The notes under the pieces are model-generated. The model ran no database searches. It was not told the DNA's origin and saw only the letters and a program-made list of their open reading frames with translations. From Octopus sinensis (lineage: Eukaryota), in assembly GCF_006345805.1 (NCBI RefSeq), contig NW_021835997.1, positions 186,001 through 250,000 on the forward strand: a DNA stretch of 64,000 nucleotides, written 5' to 3'. The number at the start of each line of letters is the position of its first letter. The stretch's first letter is position 1. The position numbers and the translations under genes are program-made. Shown piece by piece: positions 26,007 through 38,324 of this stretch.

Positions 26007-27677
26007 TGTGACATGGTTTGCGCGATACCTATGGTCGCGCGATACCTGACGTGACCTTGAAATGTGCAATTACGACATTGATGGGATTAAATTATAAATC
26101 TTTTAATTAGACCGCGACTCATTCTTATCATTTAATAATTTACTAAATTAGCTAAAGACTCTCTCATTTTGACAAAAAATTATATTTGTAGGAATTTAAT
26201 TATCAGAAATTAATTTTTTTGGTGGAAAACCTAAATTTCTTGAGTTATTTCTAGCGTGCAAGTATATTTTTCAGCAATGTCCTCGTACAAAGTTTATGTA
26301 AAGAATTGTTTGGAATATCAAATTTTAAAAGATGCTTTACAGGATAAATTTCCTGAACATCTTACAAAGCAAAAAAAATATAGACTAGTTAAGAAAATTG
26401 AAAATTTTACTGTAATTAATGAAAGGTATCATACAAATTGTAAATGTATAGATTGTATCTTAAATGTGCGAATTCAGATCACAAGCTAGTGATTTGTCTA
26501 AACAATGAACCCGAAATGGAGATCGTTGCTAAAAGTTTGCATGACTTCTTGCATGGAGGAGTTAACAAAATTGAATATGAATGTCGACAACGATATTTCA
26601 GTTAAAAATGAGATTATTCGAAAAGTCATTCGAAATTGTGAAATTTGTAAATTTGCGCGACCCTTAAAAGTTTTAACTTTTTAAATCCTAGATTGGAGAT
26701 ATAAATAACCATGTCTTTGCATCTTGCCTAAATGAGAGATTTCAGATAGATCTTATAGATCTGAAAAGTTTTTCTACTATAAATAAAAATTTTAAATGGA
26801 TTTTAACGGTCATTCACGTATATAGCAGGTTAGTTTTTTTAACAATTTTTATAGATTTGCATTTGCGAGGCCGCTCTACACTAAGTCCTCAAATGAAGTT
26901 TGTGAAAACCTTATTTTTCTTAAATGGTCCGTGTCAATTTATTCAGTCCGATAATGGGACTGAATTCAAGAATCGTGAAATGACCAATCTATGTGAGGAA
27001 TTCAATATCAAACGAATTCACGGAAGGCCAAACAATCCCCGCTCACAAGGGATTTTCGAACGCTTCAACCAGTCAATTACAAGAAAAATGGCAAAAATGA
27101 TCGACAATGATAATAAAAAGTGGCTGGAAAAATTAGAAAATGCAGTGTACAGTTATAACATTTCTGTCCACTCATCTTCTAATGAGAGCCCTTTTGAAAG
27201 ATACCGGGGAATAAGTGGAATAAATACAATATTTTATGGTTGTAATTATAAAATTATTCCTTAAATAATTCAAGTAATGATTTGTTGAGTCCTGATCAAG
27301 TCGATGATGCAAACAATTGTCCGAGTCCAATTGAAAATTCATGTAATTTGAATTTCTATATGTAGATGATTGTAATTATTCGTTTACAAGTCCGAAAAGA
27401 TTGCGACTGAATAAGTTTGAATCTTCATATTATCCATCTGCAGAAATTATCAGTATTTTATTAAACAATCGCGTTGAGGTAGTTTAAACATTCAAATTTA
27501 ATAGATAAAAAATTCGATGAGCAAAATTTCGATTGTGCCAATGTCCAGACTTAAAAAATAATTAACAAGTTATTATTCTTTGAAGTTTAATATTAATTAC
27601 AATATTGACATTAAGTTAAGCTTCAAGGTCACGTCAGGTATCGCGCGGCCCATAGGTATCACGCAAACCATGTCACA
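26007..27677 (+). mobile_element. Ginger-like DNA transposon with HHCC-DDE integrase, full ends, decayed ORF
   Basis: ~55-bp TIRs TGTGACATGGTTTGCGCGATACCTATGG.CGCGCGATACCTGACGTGACCTTGAA and a 5-bp TSD TAATG (26002-26006 / 27678-27682). Integrase motifs HDFLHGG, CEIC, FQIDLID, IQSDNGTEF, PRSQGIFERFNQ and YNISVHSS. Confidence 0.92.
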
Positions 27678-27779
27678 TAATGTTTTGTTGTATTAAAAAT
27701 ATTATTTTAATTTATTTATTTAAAAGCATCTTTTAGTATATCATTAAATTGTACTCTAATTAACTTTATATATAATTTG

Positions 27780-28800
27780 AATTTTATGCCTGCGACGATT
27801 AAGAAAATAAAATTTCTGTTCATCTTTACTTGATCTCAGAATTATCTGACCAAAAGGAAAGTGATCAAGTCTACAAAGAACATTTTGATATTTCAATTAG
27901 ATTATTTGACTCTCAATCAGAGTATCAGAAAGCTTGGAATCGTAAATACCACTGCTGCAAGATGTAAACGAGATGTTGATATCTAGCTCAGGCCGCCCAC
28001 ACTTTTTTTATAGAAAGATTAAGACAGAAAGAGAACATGTTACCAAGGAACTAACTAATCTAAACGAAGTCATATGTTTCTTCTGCTCTATCTTCCCTCT
28101 TCTCATTTTTGTTGTGTGGACGATGAAGAAAGCTTGGAATGATTCATTCATTTTGAAATTTATCACAGAAATTCATTTAGATTTCATCCTGTCTAAAGAC
28201 TGGTATAAAACAGGTTTGTTATAACTCATAATCCCCGCAACATGTTTTATCAAGTCACTCCAAGAGGTATTTGGGGATGGAACACTCGCAAGAGCTTTAC
28301 ATTTCGTCAAAAAAGATATAAATTAGACTGGGAACCCACATTTTGGTGGTTTTCACGACGCCACGTTGTCTGAAAGCAATTTTCCTAATAACTTTGATAG
28401 CCTTGAATTTGTTGGTGTGGTGTATCTGAATCGTATGTGCTTTTTCCTATGGAAAGGACAAGGAATCATTTTGGGCTTTGAGTACTACTCGAGTATTTGA
28501 GTCACATTATTACATTATGACTAATCGTTCTGTTTAGTTTCAGAACAGTAGTTGATAGACTGTTCGTAGAGTAAAAGTAACAGCGGGTGTTTTGATGAAC
28601 TCGATGTCAACTCGTATTCTTTCGTAAAGTTGTGTTTCTACTTTACTTTGGACAAATTCTAAGTCGTCCCAGAACGAGTCCCTTGACTACTTCTTTCCAT
28701 ATAGAAACTCTGGGTTTAGATAAATCTCTACAGGCTTATATGCAGTAAACTGTTCTTAAGAGGACCCTGGAGAGTGTCGTTTGATCGCCAATCCAGTCCT
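27780..28800 (-). pseudogene. Unidentified decayed ORF remnant
   Basis: Protein-like frames (DSFWDDLEFVQSKVETQLYERIRVDIEF; HIRFRYTTPTNSRLSKLLGKLL..DLIKHVAGIMSYNKPVLYQ) are broken by stops. No introns and no TE motif. Confidence 0.4.
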
Positions 28801-28884
28801 CCCCCCTGGCTTATAGTAGGTATGGTGCATTTGTGATTAGTTTCTTTCTATTAATAAAGTTATTTTTGAGGAGAATTATTAAAT

Positions 28885-28928
28885 TTAGTTAAAATGTGCA
28901 AGCTTTCCATGACTTTTTGGCCCCACTG
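28885..28928. mobile_element. Solo Tc1-type terminal repeat
   Basis: The reverse complement reads TA|CAGTGGGGCCAAAAAGTCATGG. Confidence 0.65.
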
Positions 28929-29019
28929 TATGGGGAATGATTGGAATAGTCATACTCCGAGGGGCCTTATTTTCGATCCAAGCTTCTTCAATTAAATTAA
29001 AAAAAATAATTAATTGAAT

Positions 29020-29267
29020 CAGCATAACAATCCTTCTATGCTGTTCCATTAAAGATGAAAAGCTAAAACCTTTGGTTATTAAAAAGTATAAATCACCCAG
29101 ATGCCTTAAAAATTCTGCTTTAAAATTAAATTCTAAAAGCCAAAAATAATTTTAAAAATTAAAAAAATAATTCTAATTTTACCAAGAATGATGTAAGAAA
29201 ATTAAATTATAATTTATTTTAAAAAAAGTCGATTTATTACAAATCCAATTTTTTTTGTCAGGCACTG
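29020..29267 (+). mobile_element. Tigger/pogo 3' remnant with terminal repeat
   Basis: ITILLCCSIKDEKLKPLVIKKYKSPRCLKN, ending in ...GGCACTG|TA. Confidence 0.7.
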
Positions 29268-29420
29268 TATTAGAACTGATGATCATGAAGTAATGTTTTT
29301 AAATTATACATGTAGGTTATATACGATGCGTATAAAAATGCATGGATGACTAGTAATATTTCCAACAATTGATTACAAAAAGTAATGATGAAATGTTTTC
29401 ACAAAATTTAATTCTTCTTA

Positions 29421-29830
29421 ATGCTACGTGTCATAGATTTGATTGCAAGGAATCATTTCGTCCATTCTCAGGACATGTCCAAAAAGTCTCCAGCGAGCCT
29501 CGGAGTGAAAATGAGGAGAGACTATTCGGATAAATTTACCACCGGGATTGGTACTCCGCAAGGGAACTCTCTTTCGCTAGTCCTCTTTGTAATCTATTTG
29601 GAATTCGCGTTAAGGGATGTAGAAAGGAATTATTATAGGCACTTTCGCGATGCCATGGATCATGACAAAGCTTGTGCAGCACAGGAAACAATACGAGTAA
29701 TTAGTTTATTCCATTTCCCGCGATCTTGGCCGACATCGAGATCGTCCCCGTTCTACAATTCTTTACCAGCCCTCTTTAGGTCCCTATCCAGCGTACCCGG
29801 GAGAGCATTTTTTGGTTATCTAGGTTTTCC
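29421..29830. mobile_element. RTE-like LINE fragments in opposite orientations
   Basis: Plus strand GIGTPQGNSLSLVLFVIYLEFALRDV (RT). Minus strand 29830-29700 TLDRDLKRAG..QDRGKW resembles an RTE C-terminus. Confidence 0.6.
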
Positions 29831-29879
29831 AATTTTAAAAAATAATAGGTATAATTGATCAAATATATATTTTAGAAAT

Positions 29880-30603
29880 GGTTTTACTCAACCTTACCAA
29901 ACATGAACTTGAAGTAATCAAAAATTTTCAAATAGATGTTTTTTATGAAGGAAATAAAGCGGTCGAATTATGTCAATCGGAGATAATTGATCAGATTATT
30001 TCGAAAACGAGGACGATTCTTTGAATCAAGAAAGTGTATATGAAAGCCATGTTCTCGCTGGAGAAAAAATGAAAGGGAGGCGGAAATGGAAATTTGATGA
30101 GGATTTAGTCGTAGGAAATAATGTTCTACTCAGACAAGATATTGATGCAAATCCGAATAATCGAAAATACCCCTTGTACGATCAGATCGATTCAATTATA
30201 TACGAAATATCCAAAGTTGATAAAGACACGTCCGCACTTAAAGATCTGAATCACGATTCATTCAAACATGTAAACGAAAGTCGTTTAAAAAAATATAACT
30301 CTCATAAAAAAAATTTTAAATAATAAGAATTCACACATTTTTATTATTTGTTTTTTAGATGGTAAACCTAAAAAATTGTATAATTATAATAAAATACGTT
30401 ATTGATTCGGAAAAATTGGAGATGCCGGTTTCTGCCGACTCTTGGTAAAATTCATTAAAACAAAAAATTGATAAAAATTGAATAAATCGACTTAATTCCA
30501 TTATCAAGTTATTTTTAATTAATTATCAGGTTATTTTCGTTTGATTTTAATAAAATTTTTAAGGGGGTATTATCCAACCCGGGGAATTATCCAACCTGTG
30601 ACA
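29880..30603 (+). mobile_element. 3' half of a third Ginger-like element
   Basis: Integrase C-terminal ORF 30021-30323 (EKMKGRRKW..RKYPLYDQID..SRLKKY). Right end ATTATCCAACC..ATTATCCAACCTGTGACA. No left TIR seen. Confidence 0.75.
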
Positions 30604-30749
30604 CTTAATGTCGTATATTATATCGTCCGGGGTGATGATCTACATTAATCATCTTTAATCATTTGTAAAACTTATGATTTTTATTGATTTAACCGAAAAT
30701 CTTACGGAATTAATTAAAAAAATATTTATTTATTTTAATTTATTATCCT

Positions 30750-31677
30750 ATCGTTACCTGCTTACCTCTCTTCCGTCTCCGCGCGCCACACACTTGTCAT
30801 GGAAATTCTACGCTCCTTTTCTGAATTTTCCTTGGACACAAATGTGGCTCATTTCAGCGAAGTCTGGAGAGAACAAGGCCTTGACTTTCCGGAAGATCGA
30901 ATGTCTCAACGAGCCTGGGATCGAATTAGATGCAAGCAAACTTTCAATCTGCTGCTCGAGTCGTCCAACCAGCACCGCCGCGCCTGCCTTCTGTCGGCAG
31001 CATCCCCGGCTAGCGGAGCTTGGCTTTGTGCATTCCCGAACGCCCCATCTGGCACCCTCCTTGACGATGAAACGGTAAGGATCGGAGTCTCTCTGCGACT
31101 CGGACTAAGGCAATGTGTCCCGCACACGTGCCGCTGTGGCTGCACTGTTGACCCTTTCGGTCTGCACCCTTTATCGTGCAGGAGGAGTGTCGGACGTTTC
31201 CCGAGGCACTCTGCCATGAATGACATCATACGGAGGGCCCTCGACTCGGCGGGATTTCCTTCGGTCCTCGAACCACCGGGCCTTAACCGCGGCGACGGGA
31301 AACGTCCTGACGGGATGACCCTTTTCCCTTTCGAAGGCGGAAAAGGCCTCGTTTGGGACGCAACCTGCTGCGACACCTTTTCTGCTTCTCACTTAACTTC
31401 GTGTGCCCTGGAGGCCAAATCTGCTGCTAAGAAGGCTGAAGATTTAAAGCTTTTAAAATATTCTGCCCTCTCGGAGAAGTTTTCCGTGGTGCCGATCGCG
31501 GCTGAGACGTCGGGTGCTCTCGGTCCAAAAACTGAAAAGTTCCTTCGCAAGCTCGGTGCCAAAATCTCAATGCGCACCCATGATCCTCGGGAGGCGAACT
31601 GGCTAATGCAACGGCTCTCAATTGCCATTTTCCGGGGAAACAGTTTGGTAATCCGCCAGGCTACATATCCACCATAA
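30750..31677 (+). mobile_element. CRE-clade retrotransposon 3' part (zinc knuckle + RLE), 5'-truncated, ORF open
   Basis: SGAWLCAFP..RIGVSLRLG..CRCG..HPLSCRRSVGRFPRH..DGKRPDGMTLFPF..LVWDATCCDT..PIAAETSG..QRLSIAIFRGN. Confidence 0.92.
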
Positions 31678-31762
31678 ACATAATTCTATTGTCTCCTTGT
31701 TTCAAAAAATTTCATATTTATTATTATTGTTTTATCATTAAACGTTTCCGTTTTCTTGTCTG

Positions 31763-32853
31763 ATGGTTAGGATACTAAAAATTGAGTCGGAAAATCAATT
31801 GAAAGAAGTAAAAGATTATTTACAATTTAAAAAGTACCCAATAAATGCAGAAGACCACATTAAGAGATCTATTAGAAGAAAATGCGATAAGCTATTTCTT
31901 ATCGAAGATCAATTATATTATAAAAGCAACTCAAACCAAAATCCAAAGAAGTTTTTATGCTCTTTCGAAAAAGAAAAAATTCGAGCGATTTTAAATGATG
32001 AGCATATACAAGGACATCCTGGGATTTTCAAAATGCGACAATTGATTTCGACAAAATACATGGGAATTAAACAGTCCGTAATTAGAGATTTTGTAAATGG
32101 TTGTCAATCGTGTTCTGCATTTAATTCTCTGAAAACCACAGACAGTTTAAATGTAATAGATATTACGGATAAATATGATCGATACATGATGGATTGTATA
32201 GACATGAGAAGATATTCCAATTATAATGATGGAATTAATTGGATATTGAATATTATTGATTGTTTCACTAAATTTGCCTGGTCTTTTGGAATTAAAAAGA
32301 AAAATTCAAAGATCATTTGTCCAATTATTCAAAAACTATTCAGAACTTTTGGTCCTCCGAGAATTAATACAAATACAATACAACCATACATAGAGCGACC
32401 AAAACTTCACCATTTATGCTATTTCATGGATCACCCGGATTTAATTTTGAGAAAGAAAATCAGGAAAAATCAGAAATTGAATCTGATTATGGAGAAGAAA
32501 ATAATATGGAAATTGATTATCAAGAAAATGTATTCCGAGGACTTTATCAAAGAGCCCAAGAAGAAAATAATATAAGAAAGAATTCCGCTAGAAAAAATTT
32601 TAACATATATAAACAAAGAATGATTCTTAACGCGACCAAAAATTTAAATAACAGAACACTCATAATTGGAGATGTCGTTTGTATAAAAATTGATTTCGAC
32701 AATAATACTAAAACTAGGAAATATCCTCTCGATGGTGAATATGGACGTAAAAAATATGTAATTGTTGATGAAGAGTTACATTGCGCTAAAATTAAAGATT
32801 TAGAAACCGGGGAAGAAATTAAAATTAGCAAATCAAGAATAAAAAAATTATAA
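31763..32853 (+). mobile_element. Ginger-like integrase with internal deletion of the catalytic core
   Basis: HIQGHPG..CQSC zinc finger, YMMDCID and IIDCFTKFAW. After FGPPRI it jumps out of frame to YNTTIHRATKTSPF and the C-terminal domain, so the SDNG and E motifs are missing. Confidence 0.85.
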
Positions 32854-33062
32854 AAATAACTTTAATTTTGAATTAATCTGTTTTTTTAATTCTCTTCTTT
32901 CCATATTTCTTCAAGTAATTTAACGGCAGTATGTTGTCCCCCTCATCTATATTTGTTTCTTCATAATAAAATAATTCATAGGTTTATATTTTTAAATCAG
33001 AACTGAATGATCGAAGTTTATTCATAAGAAACGTCTTTAAATCTTAATAATAAAATGGTATG

Positions 33063-33135
33063 GTGTGTGTCTGTCTGTCTGTCTGTCTGTCTGTGTGTCT
33101 GTCTGTGTGTCTGTCTGTCTGTCTGTCTGTGTGTG
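33063..33135. repeat. (CTGT)n/(GT)n microsatellite
   Basis: Direct reading. Confidence 0.95.
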
Positions 33136-33158
33136 CACACCAACTTCAAATTGGCAAT

Positions 33159-33760
33159 ACGATGTCCTCGACTTACATGATGAGGTCCTTAAAACCTTCC
33201 CCCCAAAAAAAATTAAAAAAAATTTTTCTGCGTTTTGGTCAAAATGAACAACTACGATGTCCTCGACTTACATGATGAGGTCCTTAAAACCTTCCCCCCA
33301 AAAAAAATTAAAAAAAAATTTTCTGCATTTTGGTTAAAATGAACAACTACGATGTCCTCGACTTACATGATGAGGTCCTTAAAACCTTCCCCCCCAAAAA
33401 AATTAAAAAAAAATTTTCTGCATTTTGGTTAAAATGAATAACTACGATGTCCTCGACTTACATGATGAGGTCCTTAAAACCTTCCCCCCCAAAAAAATTA
33501 AAAAAAAATTTTCTGCATTTTGGTTAAAATGAACAACTACGATGTCCTCGACTTACATGATGAGGTCCTTAAAACCTTCCCCCCCAAAAAAATTAAAAAA
33601 AAATTTTTCTGCATTTTGGTTAAAATGAACAACTACGATGTCCTCGACTTACATGATGAGGTCCTTAAAACCTCCCGCCAAAAAATCAAAAAATTATTTT
33701 CTGCATTTTGATTAAAATGAACAACGCGGATGTCCTCGACATTCATGATGAGGTCCATTA
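33159..33760. repeat. ~95-bp satellite, 6 full units plus a degenerate seventh
   Basis: Unit starts acgatgtcctcgacttacatgatgaggtcc at 33159, 33254, 33349, 33444, 33539 and 33635. Confidence 0.95.
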
Positions 33761-33943
33761 AAACTTTCCAGGCAAAAATCTCACGTATTAAGAATATCCT
33801 TGATGAAAACGACAGCGAGAATATTAACAATGATGAACTCCCAATTATTCGCGATAAAGAAATTCAATTCATCCTATGTTTTTCTCTTTAAAATTAAATG
33901 CATATATCATTAACGACCATGAATCAAAATTAAAGCTATTATC

Positions 33944-34420
33944 ATAGAGTGTGCAATTAACAGATTTTGAAAAACCACTTTGATAGTTGAAACCACATTA
34001 GCACAATCATTAACACAATTTACCACAAATTGACGCACGACCTTGAATAGAGTGTGCAATTAACAGATTTTGAAAAACACTTTGATAGTTGAAACCACAT
34101 TAGGACAATCATTAACACAATTTACCACCCATTGACAGCGCAATCAGAAGAATTTGCGTAAAAATATTAACTATTTAGTTAAGTTTTTCGTAAAGATTGA
34201 ATTTATTTTCGGTATTCCTCTTTTCCTAAACTTTTTTATTATTCAAAAATAATTTTTTCAATAGATAACCGAAGGAGGGAAGACGACCTTAAGAAAAGAA
34301 GTTTTTCGTAAAGATAGAATTTATTTTCGGTATGCCTCTTATCCTAAACTTTTTTATTATTCAAAAATAATTTTTTTAATAGATAACCGAAGGAGGAAAA
34401 ACGAAGCTGAAGAAAAAACG
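33944..34420. repeat. Two successive two-copy repeats (~103-bp and ~118-bp period)
   Basis: atagagtgtgcaattaacag at 33944 and 34047. aagtttttcgtaaagat at 34181 and 34299. Confidence 0.9.
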
Positions 34421-34451
34421 GTCAGCTTAATAAGGTAATTAATCAAATCTT

Positions 34452-34940
34452 TTTTGTGTGTCGCTTTCTTGCCTGTCGCTTTTTTGTGTGTCGCTTTCTT
34501 GCCTGTCGCTTTTTTGTGTGTCGCTTTCTTGCCTGTTGCTTTTTTATGTGTCGCTTTCTTGCCTGCCGCATCTCTACCTGCCGCATTTCCGCCTGCCGCA
34601 TTTCCGCCTGCCGCATTTCCGCCTGCCGCATCTCTGCCTGCCGCATTTCCGCATTTCCCCCCATCTCACCCAAATAAAAAAAGAAAAAAAAAGGAAATTA
34701 CAAAGAAACACGAAAAAATCAAATATAAAAAGTTAACAAATAAAAAAAAGAAAATAAAGCCCAAAAAAAAGAAAATAAAAAAAAAGAAAAAAAACTTAAA
34801 AAATTAAAAAGAAAATAAACAAAAAAAGAAAAAAAAACTTAATAAATAAAAAAAAGAAACTAAAAGACAAAAAAAGAAAAAAAATTTAAAAATAAAAAAA
34901 AATTTAAAAATAAAAAAAAAATTTAAAAATAAAAAAAATG
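34452..34940. repeat. 30-bp and 15-bp minisatellites followed by an A-rich low-complexity tract
   Basis: (tttttgtgtgtcgctttcttgcctgtcgct)n, then (ttccgcctgccgcat)n, then ~270 bp of A-rich DNA. Confidence 0.9.
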
Positions 34941-34950
34941 AGAGCAGAAG

Positions 34951-37900
34951 CGGAAACTGAGAGCAGAAGAGTATATACATCTAAGAGATGCCATAATGAA
35001 TGACGGTAATGTGTCTAATGTAGGTCAAATGGTTATTTTGCCTTCGTCATTCACGGGAGGACCAAGCTATATGCATGAGCGAACTCAAGATGCTATGACA
35101 TACGTTAGAAATTACGGAACTCCGGATCTGTTTATCACTTTTACGTGTAATCCGAAATGGCCAGAAATTAGTGATAACATATTTGTAGGACAAAAGGTCG
35201 AGTATAGACAAGACATCATAGCACGTGTTTTTAAACAAAAAGTCGATAAGATGATTGATCTTCTATGCAAGGGACAGATTTTTGGGAAGACAAGATGCCA
35301 CATGTATACAGTAGAGTGGCAAAAAAGAGGTTTACCACATATACATATATTAGTATGGTTAGTAACTAAAATTAGGCCTACAGAGATAGACGATTGCATA
35401 CGGGCAGAATTGCCAAATCCAAATGAAGATAGAGAATTATACGAGATCATCAAAAGAAATATGATACATGGTCCGTGTGGCATATATAACAGAACATCAC
35501 CGTGTATGCAAGATGGTAAGTGTTCTAAAGGGTACCCAAAAAACTTAATAATTAACACGCAAACAGGTGAAAATGGATTTCCATTTTACCAGAGAAGGGG
35601 AGCAGCTGAAGGAGGATATACTGCAACCCTCCACGAAGGAAAAGAAAATGAAATAACAGTTGATAACAGATGGATAGTGCCTTATAATCCACTATTAAGT
35701 AAGATTTTTGATGCACATATCAATGTGGAATTTTGTAATTCAATTAGATCAATTAAATATGTATGTAAGTACATTAATAAAGGGTCGGATCAGGCAATCT
35801 TTTCAATAGAGCAACGTGATGAGCCAACTTTTTATCAACATGGACGCTATATCTGCAGTAATGAAGGAGCATGGAGAATTTTTGGATATCCGATTCATGA
35901 AAGATATCCATTGGTTATGCATTTAGGGGTTCACCTGGAAAATGGGCAAAGAATTTATTTCACAGAGCAGAATGCACGCAATCAAGTTACAAATGCAAGA
36001 AATTCAACTCTGATGGCATTCTTCGAATTATGTCGTACAGATCAATTTGCAAAGACTATATATTATGTTGATGTTCCTAGATATTATACATGGGATGTCG
36101 CGGGGAAGAGATTTAAGAGAAGGATAAGAGGAAATCCAGTAAATGGACATTCAGGAATTGTAAGTGCAGATGCATTGGGTAGAGTATATACAGTGCATCC
36201 AAATAATTTTGAATGTTATTGTGTTAGGTTACTTTTGCACACCGTACGAGGGCCAGAATCTTTCACTGATCTACGGACTGTAGATGGAGTACTCTGCGAA
36301 ACATACAGAGAAGCCTGTTTTAAATTAGGTCTTTTAGAGGATGATAATCACTGGAATCAGACTTTAACAGAAGCTGAACTTGCAGATTCCCCATCGCGAC
36401 TAAGGTATTTATTTACTTTGATGCTAGCCCATTGTGGGTTAGCAAATCCACAACAACTGTGGGAAGGTCACCGAGAAAGCATGTGTGAAGATATATTAAG
36501 AGAGAAGAATAGATTGAGTTTCGATGCAGAGATTTTCAACATTGGATTAATCATGATAGATAGATTGCTAATATCTATCGTTGGTAAGAGTGTAGGTGAA
36601 TTTGGTTTTATAATCAGCGATATTCATAATATTAATTCATTTGATGAGCATTATAATTTAGAAGAACTTCGAACAATAGTGGAAGAAAGAGAACAAAGCT
36701 TAACCACTGGCCAGTTGGAGGTATACAGAGAAATTAATCGAGTCATCCAAGAAGAAAACGGTTCTATCATTTTTATTGATGCACCGGGTGGAACAGGTAA
36801 GACCTATCTTCTAAATCTATTATTAGCTAAGGTCAGAAGCGAAAATAAACTAGCTTTAGCAGTTGCATCTTCTGGAATTGCTGCAACTCTTTTAGATGGC
36901 GGTCGAACCGCACATTCGACATTCAACATTCCGTTGAATCTCTCATATACTACTGAATCGGTTTGTAATGTAAAAAAAATTCAACTACGGGTAATAGAAT
37001 TATGCATTCTAGGTTAATTGTTTGGGATGAATGTACGATGGCTCATAAAGGCGCATTCGAAGCAGTTGATCGAACATATAGAGATATCAAGAATTGTAGC
37101 GACCATTTATTTGGGGGAGCAATAGTTGTATTGGCAGGTGATTTTAGACAGACGCTGCCAATTATTCAAAGAGGGACGCCTGCGGATGAATTGAATGCCT
37201 GCCTCAAATCGTCATATTTGTGGACACACGTGAAAAAGGTAAGCTTAGATGTAAATGTACGTGCACATTTACAAGGCGTTAATAGCATATTCCCACAAAT
37301 CCTTCTAGATATTGGAAATGGGGCAATCACTTCAGAAATGCAAGACCAGAAAATTAGGCTACCGGAAGAATTATGTATTTTCGTAGAAACAGCAGAAGAA
37401 TTATTGAATGCCGTCTATTCCGAACTATCTGAACACTACGTGAATTTCGACTGGCTGCGTGAACGAGCTATATTAGCTCCACTTAATGATGAGGTACTTA
37501 ATATAAATTTAGATTTATTAATGAAAATCCCTGGCAGAGAAAGAATATATAAATCGGTCGACGTTATTATGGACCATGAAAGGGCCTGCGAATATCCTGT
37601 AGAATTTTTAAATTCCTTAGATCCATCTGGAATGCCGAATCATCTATTGAAATTAAAAATAGGTGTACCGGTTGTGTTACTCCGCAATCTAGCGCCACCT
37701 AAATTATGCAATGGTACAAGGTTGGTTATCAAGAATTTGATGGCTAACGTAATAGAAGCGACAATATTAACAGGTAATTACAGAGGTGAGGATGTTTATA
37801 TCCCACGAATACCTCTGATTTCGGAAGAATTACCTTTTAGATTTAAGAGACTACAATTTCCGCTGAAGATAAGTTTTGCTATGACAATAAACAAGGCCCA

Positions 37901-38063
37901 GGGACAGTCTTTAAAGGTAGTAGGCTTATTTTTAGAGAACGAGTGCTTTTCACATGGCCAGCTGTATGTGGGGTGCTCAAGGGTAGGTAGAAGAGAAAAT
38001 TTATTTATATTTGCCAAGGATGGACGGACTGCAAACATCGTTTATCCACAGGCCTTAGAATAA
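34951..38063 (+). CDS. Helitron RepHel (HUH endonuclease + Pif1 helicase), N-terminally truncated, one frameshift at A8 36972-36979
   Basis: [88 protein letters not shown] and [10 protein letters not shown]. Confidence 0.95.
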
Positions 38064-38324
38064 GGTTATATCAAAGCAGGTCGCATTTATATATCTACAT
38101 AAATTTATAGTTATTTAAGGAAACTGCGAGCGTAGCGAGCAGGGCCTCCGCAGGAGCTAGCTCGCAGTGAGCGAAGCGAACTGCTGAGCTAGTAATATAT
38201 ATAAAGACTTTAAAAAATTTATTAAATTTATTGTTAATAGAAATTTAATTTTTGAATTTTTAGAAATACAATTCTGCAGCATTTAGAGTAAAGTTAAAAA
38301 TACAATTTTTTTAGAAAATTCTGG

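Larger units (their letters stand above)
33042..38192 (+). mobile_element. Helitron (A|TC ... CTAG|T) with a partial Rep-Pif1 ORF
   Basis: 5' TCTTAATAATAAAATGG followed by a (CTGT)n microsatellite. 3' GCAGT/ACTGC hairpin then CTAG at 38189-38192 followed by T. It is less certain that the 5' end belongs to the same copy as the ORF. Confidence 0.75.

Noticed and set aside
29421-29830. Twin-priming inversion of an RTE element
   Set aside because: The two fragments are tail-to-tail, not the head-to-head arrangement that twin priming produces.
33159-33760. Hammerhead ribozyme or CRISPR-like array in the 95-bp satellite (ATGATGAGGTCC)
   Set aside because: There is no CUGANGA...GAAA core with a stem II. 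The units are wholly repeated with no unique spacers, and the context is eukaryotic.
34443-34807. Repetitive ORFs (QAEMR, CRFLA, low-complexity Lys-rich)
   Set aside because: They are by-products of the 15/30-bp minisatellites and the A-rich tract, and are open in several frames.
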